DNA from: Selaginella moellendorffii
Lineage: Eukaryota; Plantae; Lycopodiophyta
Direction of reading: 5' to 3'
DNA: 64,000 bases
Assembly: GCF_000143415.4 (NCBI RefSeq)
Contig: NW_003314327.1
Span: 520,775 to 584,774, forward strand
Of the stretch, positions 40,807-51,974 are shown one piece after another. The notes under the pieces are model-generated. The model did not search any database and had not been told where the DNA came from. It saw nothing but the letters and a program-made list of their open reading frames with translations. How positions within the stretch are numbered: the first letter of the stretch is position 1; the number at the start of each line of letters is the position of its first letter. A program made the translations under genes and the position numbers.

Positions 40807-41370
40807 TTATTTAGCTGAACATCTGGCATTTTTGGAAATACAAGATGCTTTGGAATATCCAATCATGCATGGTATAAATATAGCGAGGGTATTAAATGAT
40901 ATCCCAATCATGATCTTTCTTTTGGATTTCGCGTGCATGCAGTCCGAGGAATGATGACGTTGTGGATTTCTTTTGAATTTCATGTGCATGCATGCGCGCG
41001 GCAATCCAGAAATTAATGGTGGCGCCCAAGTCCGAGGAATGATGACGTTGTGGGATTACCAACCGTCGTGACATTTCGCGCGTGTGAGGTTAGGTTTTGC
41101 ATTTTGCTTCGTACTCGCGCTCGCATCGCGCTCCCACTCGCGATCACGCTCACATTCGCGCTCATCTACCTTCTCTACAGGTTTCTCGTGTGCATCGGCG
41201 TCCACTCGCGCTTGCATTACACTCGCAGCCCACTTGGCGTCCCAGGAGATTTCAGCGCCACTCTCCAACTGTAAGTGGCAGAGTAGCCTTGCTGCTACGA
41301 TCCGCTACACACACAGTGCACATTCGCCAGCAAGTCCGGCCTCGATTGTCACGCCTCCATTCGGCTTCAA

Positions 41371-44300
41371 ATGGTAAGTCTTTTAGGCCAAGTAGAAAAT
41401 GGCATGAGGCCATATGCCATTCAGTAGCAACATTGGCATGCACCGATTGGGCTCTCGAGTGCAGTCTGGTTACAGATGGCGTGTAACCTCACGCCATCTT
41501 AGGATGCAGCCTCAAGACATCTGATGCAGTGGTGAATGGCGTGTGGCCTCACGTTATTTCCAGCTGCTAGTTTTTCATCTGTCAGCTCTAATTATTGTGC
41601 ATTTCTGAACAGGCGAGGAATTGCGTTCTTCTTCCAGCCACTATCAATGTGGATGCAGAGAAGGGGGAGGAGCTCACCAGTTGGACTTTCGGGATGGAAG
41701 GCGAGGATCTGAGGCTGTACAACACAGATGGTGGGAGAAAAGAATGCATGGGGATCCTCATCCAAGTGACAGACACTCCATGCAGTTCCATGCAAGAATA
41801 TGGACTGGCACTTGTGGTAGAGACAGCGTCCGCCTTCAAGATCCACCTTGCACATCCTAGCGGCTTCCCGGAGGGGGGCAACGGCTATGAGGAATTCCTA
41901 GAGGGAGCTAGGGAGAGGTTGTCCAGGAGGCCCACAATTTCAAAGACGCTGCGGGTCTATGAAGATCACATGGAATCCACGGACCTCACCTACGGCGATG
42001 TTCAAAAACTATATTCCAACATTGAGCCGTTGAGAGTGACTCCAGTTCGCGAAGCGAAGGGGAAGGGGGTCGATCTGGAAACTACCCCGAAGCAGAAAAG
42101 GGTGGTCAAGCTCAAGCCGACGTCCGACTCTCCTGCTCCAAAAAAGAAGCTACTCGGTGATGCCATTGCCTCGGGTTCGAACACTACACCCATCAAAAAG
42201 AAGAGCCGCAAAGAGTAGAAAGAGCAAGAAGAGGCAACAAAAATCGTCGTAGATAATAGTACTTGTTACTATTCCAACAAAGTATATACAATCGACGTGA
42301 GCCACATCGACATCCAAAGCAAATACAACCACAGGCTAGTATCTGATGAGTGGGTGGAGAAACTGAAGCAGAAGATGCTGGCAAGTCCAGTAACACCCGA
42401 CATCGCAGACGTGACCCTACTACCAAACAATGAAGGGCGAGACGAGGTTTCCAGACTTGATCAATAGGAAGGTGTTGGACGATCAGAACATCCGGTTCTA
42501 TGCCATCTCCGGGCAGCATTCTAGCTTGGCGATGCAAGAGATAGTTGTGGATATTATGGTGGGCGAGGAGGTGAAGAAAGTCTTCAAGACAAGAGTTGTC
42601 TGCCTGATAAAAGGCAACTCGCCCCTCCGATCTATCATATACATCTCCCACGCGCAAAATGTCAAGCAAGAAACGTGCTAAAAATTGGGTCTGCACGAGA
42701 CATTGGCACGAACACGGAAGCTCTAGGTTCAACTGAAGAAGCCACAAAAACCAGGACAAGGACGTGCACTAGCAACTAGCGCCTGGCAGGTAAGCCTCAT
42801 TGCATGTGGCATAGCATGTGGCCTCACGCCATTTCCATTGCAAGAATTCTCGAGTCTTCTCTCGAAAACACTGGGGGTCAATGACACACTCAGCATCCAT
42901 AACATTCTACTCGCGACAAAAGTTGTTTTTGACAAATGGGTAGATGTGCTGAGGAGGTACCATGACAGGGAGTTGCTAAACTCAATGGGTGTGGAGGACG
43001 GCCAGAAGCCCAATGATTTGAAGCTCAATGCCTTGCATTTCTCGCGGTCTCTAGACGACGACGACCTTCTGACAGTGGCTAATGCTCTTCTACGTGGTGA
43101 GGTAGTCTTCAACAAGACCAAAATGACTCCCGGCCATATTGTGACATACGAGGACTTGTGCACGACTCTGAGAGCTCGTGCGCTATTGAAGGATTGGATC
43201 TTCGAGCAAGTGGCCGTGGAGAGGGTGAGCATCGACACCACGCAAGAGATGATGGAAGAGCTGGAGTTGTCAAATGAAGACATCGACGAGTACGTGAAGA
43301 GGGCCCCCAAGTTCATCGATCTGCTGCGGGATGCCACGAAAAGTAAAGCTGAGAAGTTGGATCAGTATCCAAATTTCATTAAGAGGGATGTCGACCGCCG
43401 GCTTCAGAAACAACTCGACCCCGCAGCAGAGGCCTATCGAGAACCTTACCGGGTATACGTGAATTCGGATGAGGATCAAAGGTGGAGGAGCATCGTTTCC
43501 CGCGGAGATGAGCAGGTCAAGAACATCTTTTGTGTGATGGACTTCACAAACGAGGAGATCACTCATTCAGACGAAGTCAGCTCCATCATTGACTTAATGG
43601 TGGGACTTGCGGAGGTGGAATCTTCAGTCCACTATATGATCTACGACTCCGAATCCTATCACAAGTTCTGGAAGGCCTTGAACGAGGTGAAGGCTCGGTT
43701 GAAAGGCAAGGAGATGCGGGAGATCCATGGGATAATGGCTAAGAAGAAGATACCGACGAATGTCCGCATCTTCACACTCGCCCTTGTTATTGGTCCTGCA
43801 GCAGAGTGGGACTAGAGTGACTTCCCAGCTTCGTTTGACAAGGCCGATCGAATTGATCTGAGGGAGGTCAATTTACCCGTGCCTGAGGAACTGAAGACGG
43901 CTATGGAGCTTTCGAATCCAGAGAAAGCTCCAGGTGCAGCATGGGAAATGCTCAGCTGGGTCTTCAACACAATAGCAGGTGGGTCACCTGCTTCCGACTC
44001 CAAGGGCAAATGCATTGTCGAGTACAACTGCGGTGGACTATTCTTTCGAGCCGCACTACTCAAGGGTGTCCCGTGTGTTGTGGTGACAAACTCCATTGAA
44101 GAGGTGACTTCAATGGAGCATATAATTACAGTTGCCAAAGAAAAACAGTATCTTCTTTGCGAATCTAGTGAGTACGCACTTTAAGTTTAAATGTTATCTC
44201 ACAAGCTCTGTATGCAGGAGCGTGGCCACCCCCAGATGCTGAAACGGCGTTAACAGCTACTGTTGAAGATACCCATGTTGGGCCGAGCTCACAACCTGCA

Positions 44301-47300
44301 CAAGGTAAGGTCACGTGAGGCCTCACGCCATTTTGATTATAGATCGTTGTGAATATTCAGACACGAGGACTGAAAAGCGCACTGGTGGCGTGTCGAAGAA
44401 GGACAAATAGACAAGCAATAGGAAAAAAGGAGGTACAAATTATATTTGCAATGGCGTGTGGTCTCATGCCATTCCTTGCAGGAGACACTTCTTCAAAGGC
44501 AAAACAGGCAAGCACCAGCCAAGTACAACGGACGAGAGGTACCAATCATTTTTGTTATACGTGAATTCTCATGCCATTGCTTCTTGCAGCTCAAATTCCA
44601 AAGAGACTAGGGCAAGCAGCGCAGACCTCACGACAAGAACTTGAAGGTTTGATGGCGTGTGGCCCCACGCAATTAACTAATGTTCTTGCAAATCGCGTCG
44701 AGGAAATCGAACGGAACAACGTGCCTCCAGTGGAGGAGGGGGAGGCCTCGGAGAGTGATAAGGAGAGTTCCAAAACAGGTACGATCATGACATATGGCCC
44801 CATGCACTTATCTAAGTTTGTATTTCAGGGGAACGAGTTGAACCAATGGAAAACTTTATGAAAGGTAACTTAAAAATATTATGGGATGTTGCATGTGTTG
44901 ATGCAATAATATACAGTTCAAGTGCCAAGGAGACGTCGTGAACCTCGAATTAGGCTACCTGCAAAACAGCTTTCAGACGCTGTAGACAAAGAGATGGACA
45001 ACCGACCAGGGCAGAGGAGGAAGGGTAAAAGCATTTGTGTGCTTATCGCGTATGTCCTCATGCTATTTCTGTAGAACGGGCGCATAAGAAACGAAAGCGA
45101 AAGGGAATTGAGGAGCAGGCACCTGAGGATGCGGAAGGCACGACAGAGCCTCCAAGGACGGGAAGTAAAGTGTCATGGTTATTGCGTGGGTCCTCATGCC
45201 ATTTCTTGCAGATCAAGCTCAAACTGACAGTGGTCATAAAAAGCGAAAGCATGTTGGACAGTCGTCGGGATCAGAGGCGTTTGATTCGAAAAGGAAGAAG
45301 GGTAACGAAAAGATGATAGGTAATGCCTCGCGGTTATGGCGTGTGTGCTCATGCCATTCATTGCAGATCAAGGGCTGAGTGAAAGCAGCTAGTCACCACC
45401 TCCTGACTCAGATTCCTATGGCGGACTCCCCTTCCCCAATCTCAATGAGGAGGTACAATGGATGAGGGATGCTTTTCAAGTCAGGGCCATGTTTTTCTCA
45501 TCTCGTCGTCTTCGAAGGGTGCAAAAACGTGCAGAAACCATGTTAAGACAGTCGGGTGAGGATATGGTCCTAGGTCACGCACTAAAACAGGCTATGGATG
45601 TCTTGTATTTTGAGATGGAGACTCGGCCAGATGATTTTCCCAAGATGGTCCTGGAAGAACAAGCCATCCAGCCTGAGCAGCCTATGGAAGAAATGCAGGA
45701 GGGGGATGAGGAGCCAGAGAAAGATAATGAGCAGGAAGAGCAGAAGGACGAAGAGGAGGACAAAGAAGAGGAGGACGAAGAAGAGGAGGACGAAGAGGAC
45801 TTGGATGGTCCTCATAATGGTGACGATCACAATAACGACGACGACGATGATGACGACGATGGCTAGCCTGAGGTGGCCAAAGAGCAGCGGAGGAAGGTCA
45901 TACAAGACAAACCATCAGGTAAATAATAGTACATCCATTTCTAACCTTTTACCATTTCTAACATTGTCCATGTAGGTCGCAGAGCAAATGGTAAGTAGAG
46001 ATTATTCAGTTGAATTAAGATACAAACTCTAGCCTTTAGTGTCGAGGAAGGATAGTGCCAAGCAAGGGTCGAAACGTATGTCCAATCCTTCAGAATCAAC
46101 AGTGCGCCCAAGTGATATCGGTCCTAGTTCCTCAATAGCAGTTGATGGTAAATACAGTATAGTCGATTCAATGTGCTAATGAGTTTGTTTTTAGTAGCAC
46201 GGGAGGATACCATCTCAATCGAAGGGAGATATTTGGACATGCATATGGATCTGCCAGTGGACTCTACTTGCCTGCAAGAGTCATCAGAGCTGGTGGAGGC
46301 TACTATCCATATCAATGCCAAGCAAGCTGACCACGCTCCACTTGATGCTGCCCATACCACTGAGTCAATCTTGTCCACGTATCCAACTAACGGTGACCAG
46401 GCGCCATTGGACCCGCATGAGGCCGCCCCAGCCGCCGAGCCGGTCGAATCCTCATTTCCAACGGACTCAACGTGTGCCCAATCGTCTGACTACGCGCCGT
46501 TGGAACCTCCCTACACCGCCCCTGCTGCCTGTTCAGTCATGTCCACTTTGCCAACAGAGGCACCAGCTGAAATGGCGTGTGATCACACGCCATCGGAACC
46601 ACCCCATGCCACTGTTGAGCCAGTTGTACCAGAGTCTACAGCTGAAATGGCATGTGCCCACACACCATCGGATGCGATTGACCCCACATTGCAGAGGAGA
46701 GTATTTCCGCCCTTCACGTTTCCTTGACCAAAACCCTCTCAACGACCATCGGGAGCACCATTCGCTAATATTGTAGATGGTAAAATTGACTTGTACCATT
46801 TTTTTTGCTGACGCATTTCATTTCAGAGTCACGGCGAAGGTACTGTATCGTTTTTGATCTGAACGGTGTCCTTTTCTCCCATGAGCGTGGCTCGTCCTCG
46901 AATGTCACTGCACCCTCCAAAGCCTGCGGTCGCAAGTTGGTCAAAAGAGACAGATTCACATTAATCACACGGGAGAAACTGCGGGATTTAATAATGACCA
47001 TGCGACACTTAAAACAGAGGGCCGGGTTCAATTTGCAATTGGGAGTTTGGACATCCATGATGCGCCACAATGCATTAACGTTGCTACAGATGATGCACGA
47101 TCAGACGCGAGTAATATTACCATTTGACTTTCTTCTAACGCAGGAGGATTGCTTGACTATGGTCCATATGAGGGGTAGCAAGCCCATCTTCATCAAGCCA
47201 GAGGCTGTAGTGATGAACCGGACTGCTAGGTCAAGTGAAATCCTCATCATCGATGACTCGCCGATTAAAACTGCAGCGAACACGCACACATATGCAGTGC

Positions 47301-47689
47301 ACCCCATCTCTTGCAGTATGGAAACTAGGGAGAAGAAACCGTATGTTCTGGGGGACCTTGCAAAACGGCTTGGAGCGATGGTGATAGAGAACCGGCCAGT
47401 CCAGGAGGTGGCTGCAGAAATCAACCAAATGGCATATGGAACAGTATATCAGAAGCCATTTGATCGGACAGACACCAGTCATCATTTATGGCATGTATAT
47501 TGTCTAGCCAAGCACTATCCGCATCTCCATAATCTGCTCAACCGGATGGGTCCTTCGACCACTGAACATGAGCGTGGACGTATTAGAGAAGAGATGGCAT
47601 TACTATTGGGTTTAAATCCTGATAGTGTGGAGAGTGATGAAATTCCAAGATTATTGTATAGGCGTTGGAGGCAAAAAATAACAGTCTGA
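41371..47689 (+). pseudogene. 17-exon transposon cargo gene (~1,775 codons): ParB/Srx-like domain, degenerate methyltransferase-like region, low-complexity linker, FCP1/NIF-like phosphatase
   Basis: Introns at 41374-41612, 42790-42843, 44168-44217, 44305-44360, 44433-44481, 44539-44589, 44647-44691, 44779-44828, 44865-44916, 45025-45074, 45165-45211, 45320-45366, 45919-45975, 45991-46039, 46148-46194 and 46780-46826 join the ORFs in frame. Lesions: 8 transition-type stops, 1 frameshift (~42428) and two AG>AA acceptors. Confidence 0.75.
46827..47689 (+). CDS. Terminal exon: FCP1/NIF-like HAD phosphatase domain (open frame)
   Basis: CIVFDLNGVLF, LGVWTSMMRHN, FLLTQEDC, PIFIKP, ILIIDDSPIK and AVHP motifs. 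Confidence 0.85.
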
Positions 47690-48131
47690 GATGGCATGTA
47701 TTTATTTAAAAATGTAACTTATTATGGCATGGGGTTCCATGCCATTGTATTAATATTAAAAGACAATTCTTTGAGAGGATTTGCATTATACTAGAAGTGT
47801 TACGGCATGTTATTGGAAGTCTACGAAGTTGTTTTATTAATAAGGGGAAAGTAAAGATTGAATGGGGACTTGGGCTCCACCTAGACTCGAAGCAACTGAG
47901 CCAATATTAAAAGGATGGAAAGAAATTGGACGACGATGACAAGGAGAAGAGAGAGGTGAAGCAGTGGCAGGGGGAGGAGAAGTGATTGAGTAGACATTTC
48001 CTTGTTTAAAATAAAATGGCATGTGCCTCAATGCAGTTGAATTTTGTTATATTTATATACTATATAAAGGTTTGGAAACTTTATTTTACAAGTGGGATAA
48101 TGACAATTCCCACTTTAATGAAATAGAGCTT

Positions 48132-48301
48132 TAAGGGACTTAACCTACCCTAGGGCTCACAGTGGAGCGGCGGCGCAGTGGAGCTTTTGAGGTAGCTCGG
48201 GGGTGGTTGGGTGGTGAGGAACCTCAAGAGGTGGCGTAGCATAGTCTAGGGCAACTAGATCTTTGTCTTTTTGCGCCGGATCATAACATTGGTATCAGAG
48301 C
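48132..48301 (+). mobile_element. 3' part of the LTR split by the DNA transposon (5' part ~33624-33703), plus tRNA-iMet PBS
   Basis: Ends ...CATAACA (48288), then TGGTATCAGAGC (48290-48301), then gag. Confidence 0.75.
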
Positions 48302-48311
48302 ATTGATTGCG

Positions 48312-48809
48312 ATGGCCGACCAAGCTGAACGCTGGAATCCTATTGTCGATGGTGGTGTCAATGATGGTGCCGACGAAGCTGCGGAGATTTGGACTATTCA
48401 AGATGTGGTTCATGAGCTGCGAGCCCTTAATCGAAATCAGCAAGAGATGCAAGACGAGATGCATGGCATGATGGATACCATGCGTGGGCGTGTTGAGGCA
48501 CTCGAGGCTGGATGGGGTAATGCTCCAAGTAAGCCTTCTTTGGTAGATCGACTCAAGATTCCAACCTTTTCCGGTGATGGTGGTATGGACGAGTGTCTCG
48601 CTTGGTTAGCCAATGTGAAGAAGTTCTTGGCTGCTAGAGGAACTCCAGATGCAGAAGCTTTAGTGGCTATTCCGATGGTTTTGCATGATGCGGGTCTTCG
48701 ATGGTGGAATTGGCTTGAGGAGTCCCGTGTTGCAGATAAGAAACCACCAGTGTCTGAGTTGAAAGAAGCCGAGTGTTGCCGTGTGAGAAGTCAAATGGAG
48801 TTGAGTTGA
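48312..48809 (+). pseudogene. Truncated retrotransposon gag N-terminus
   Basis: Directly follows the PBS. LKIPTFSGDG...WL...LHDAGLRWW gag pattern. Confidence 0.8.
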
Positions 48810-49589
48810 GTGATGTCTGAGGAAAGTGTAGCAAAGTTGGGTTTGAGCCAGTCAAGAAGTCAGTGGTTAATGGCAGTCAGCGTGCCAAGGGTGGCACAAG
48901 TATCAGGGTGGTATGGTGTCAATTGTATATACGGTCATATTTTCACACTTGAGGTTGCTTTTGTGAGTACTAATGTATTTCTGAGCTAGAAAAAGGTGAA
49001 AAATGAAGAAGCTCACTGAAGAAGCTTCCTGGGAATATTCTGTCTAGAGAGAGGAAAAGTGACAGATTTCATAATTGAGAATTTGAAGAAGTTGTTTTTT
49101 ATGAAGTTGAAGATCTTATCAAGGGAAGTTCTTTGGTGGTGAAATCAAGTCGATCAAAGCTGTGGATGAAGGGTTATTAGCTGGAAAAGTCTTAGCCATT
49201 GGTTGGTGTTTAAATTTTTAGTAGTTTGAAAATTAGGTATAGCCATTCAGTTATTTTAGAGTTCTTGTTTTCTCTCTCTGGTTCTTGAGTTCTTTCTACT
49301 TGAAGATGGTGGGACCTCCTATAGGCCGTTGAGATCCCGTCACCGATCGCATCACCAACAACATACAGATAAGGCGTGCAATTGAGGAGTTGAGAGTTCG
49401 AGAGGAGCAGAAAATTCCAACTACCTATCCAACCTGTGGTCAAGTGTGGTATCGTTACCTACGTGTGATCATAGAGGAGTTACTGTAGGCCCAACACACT
49501 CAGTATGAGTGATTTGTAGTTATTGCTGAAATACAAGCCCTAGGGGAGTTTTTTCAGTCTTTCTTTGTTGTCGTGTATTTTTCCTAACA

Positions 49590-50328
49590 AGGCTGCAGGG
49601 GGTTCCAAAAGTATAGTAGGGATTAGTGAGGTCTAAGAACCAGTCTTAAAGGAACTTTTCAGTGGTGCTTCCAAATTGGCTTGAGGTTAAAATTGGGGTT
49701 GAGGGGCATTAAGTGGGAGTGAGCATGAACTTGGGTGGTGTTGGAGGGGCCACCCAAGGAAGTGCTCAAGAGCAACTCCCACTCCCGAAAAGGAAACCGA
49801 CTGCAATGCTCCTGGCTCATGTGGAGTGGTGCCCCATTTGAGCACCTTGTGGCTCATTGATCTTCGCCTTTCCTAGAGGCTTGGGCCTTCCCTTTGGGAT
49901 AGAAGTGGGGGAGTAGGGGTACCTATATTGGGCCATTAGGCCATAATGTTTCCCCCGGGTGTCCCGAAGTAAGTGTTGCACCCAAGGCTTGGGATTTAGA
50001 GGGTCCTATGATCAAGTCTTGTTATACCAAAGAAAGTTAGAAACCTGGTGGCTTGGTGTGCTTGGCTACTTGTGCTTACAGGGAGTGTAGCCGAACTTTA
50101 AGTCTAGTCTAACCCAAAGAGGGGGATTGGGAGAAATTTAGGAATCTGTGGATGGATGGCTAATGCTCCATTGCTCATGCAGTGAGTAGTTAAAACCAAG
50201 TGAGACTAAGTAGAAGCTGGTACAATAAGCAGGAACCTTGGCAAGAGAACTTAACTAAAGCCAACGCAATATTGGTCAGATAGACAAGGTAAGTTGGCAA
50301 ATTAGAAAGGAAAAATTTATGGCTTACA
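49590..50328 (+). mobile_element. L1 LTR fragment (opposite orientation to the copy at 3284)
   Basis: Reverse complement of 3284-4010. Ends GGCTTACA. Confidence 0.8.
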
Positions 50329-50329
50329 C

Positions 50330-51974
50330 AAATATCCATAGTCTTCAATGAAATCTACAAACAATCATTAGTTACAAAGAAACTAACAATCACTTTTTCA
50401 ACTTACCTTCACAAGACTCAAACACTAAACTCATACTATTAAGTTATATACTTATCCAATATGAATGTAATACTTTAGGTACGAGATATAGGAACATGAA
50501 CACACTCGAACTAAATGACCATTCGAATCCAACTCAACCGCAATAAGTTCACTAATGCATTTAGCCAATATAGCTATTTCTTTTTCTACACTAAATCTAC
50601 CAATTCTTCTATTGTATAGATCAATTATTCCATGTGAGGCAACTAATCATCCACCCATACCATAGTCCCACGGTGGATACCTTCATCTGTGGATGCTCCA
50701 CCAAAAGGAAAAACATATGCATGGATGCCTAATATGTACAATTTCAAATTTAGGGGTAGAAATATATCTTGTTCAAGGGTATATTATATTTTTAAGTAGC
50801 CACAAATTAATGGGAATCAAAGCTGTGCCATTTCCTCTGATACCAAATGTAGTGCACATGGTTTTCACTTTTTATCCTATGGTGATTTACCATAGGATAA
50901 CCATAAAGTAGAACCTAAACCCTTGACGTGCCACATGTTACATATTATGTGCCATATGCCATGTGTCCCAAGAACAGTAGTATGAAGCCTGAGTTTTAGG
51001 GCTTTGAGCCACTAAATAAAGGAACAGAGCTAAACTCCTAAGTATGGAGATAAGGAGTGAAGGAACTAGAGCATGGAGTGACTCTCGAAGGTTCAGCCCA
51101 AAGAGCGAAGAGACAAAAACACAGAGTGACTTAGAACAGTCCTAGAGCATTTAGCATCCTAATGCCAAGACTAGCACGCAAAATGGAGCTAAATTAAGTC
51201 TGGCACTATTTCAACATACTAATGGCTTAACGCAAGGATATAAGTACTCCACCAACTAGCATGGTATGAAACTTGGGCTTAGACTCAAACCAAATATAGG
51301 ACAAGGATAGACATGTAAATGGAAGCTAGACTATGCCCTAGGTTGGTTGGCCATACCTAACATACCCATTATCCTTACTATACATTTGGAACCCTCTATA
51401 TCCCCCACCCTTTTGAGGAACACACGCATTGGGCTTTCACCCCAAGCCTCCCTTAGTATCAGAAGTTAGTCTTTGGGATAAGCTCAAAACTTACTTAATA
51501 TGGAATGTCCCTAGATTGCAAAATTGGACATGGGATGAAAACCATTATCTTTAGGATAATCTCTACATTCTATAGATATGCCAAATGAGCAAATTTAAAC
51601 ACTTTCTATAAATAGCATTTGGGATCAGAATGAGATTAACACAAAGATGTTTGGTAAATATAGTAAGTTATCATTTGGCAAATATTGAGGGACCAAGCTC
51701 AATATCATAGGGGTTTTCAACACTAGCAAGTGCAAGTCAACAAATGAATTTTTCTAACTTTGTCAAGTATGTTTGATTAATGGCACTTAAGGATTTTGTC
51801 CTTATGCTCATTTGGTCAAATACACATGCAAAGATCAATTTCTCAATTAGCTTAGGTGGAGACTAATAAAAAGACCAGCAATACCGACCTTTTGCCATCA
51901 TGGCAGTAAGGAAAGAATATCCAAAAGGAGTAACTGACAAATAACTTTTGATACCCGAAGTCACATTTGCGACT
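50330..51974 (-). mobile_element. Family Y 5' LTR (50848-51974) with PBS (TGGTATCAGA, ~50836-50845) and leader
   Basis: TCTGATACCAAA-TGTAGTG junction. Homologous to 32599-33623 and 57360-57790. Confidence 0.7.

Larger units (their letters stand above)
33704..48131. mobile_element. ~14.4-kb TIR DNA transposon (Sola-like/DUF7869-type) with a cargo gene
   Basis: 24-bp TIRs AAGCTCTATTTCRTTAAAGTGGGA (33704-33727 and 48108-48131, one mismatch). Flanks TAAA/TAAG are a possible 4-bp TSD. Encloses the transposase and cargo gene. The flanks rejoin into an LTR followed by a PBS. Confidence 0.8.

Noticed and set aside
39691-40862. Duplicated small minus-strand ORFs (MVYNV...) as a third transposon gene
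   Set aside because: Short, with no recognisable motif; similarity is explained by the recent internal duplication.
42729-43337. 202-aa minus-strand ORF and other antisense ORFs over the transposon genes
   Set aside because: Shadow frames of the real coding strand with no independent motifs.
44305-45366. Regularly recurring palindromic repeats with unique spacers, superficially CRISPR-like
   Set aside because: Repeats are degenerate and spacing is irregular. The spacers are in-frame exons flanked by GT-AG. There are no cas genes and the context is eukaryotic.
48917-49588. Possible solo LTR (TGTCAA...CTAACA)
   Set aside because: No matching TSD and no second copy in the window.
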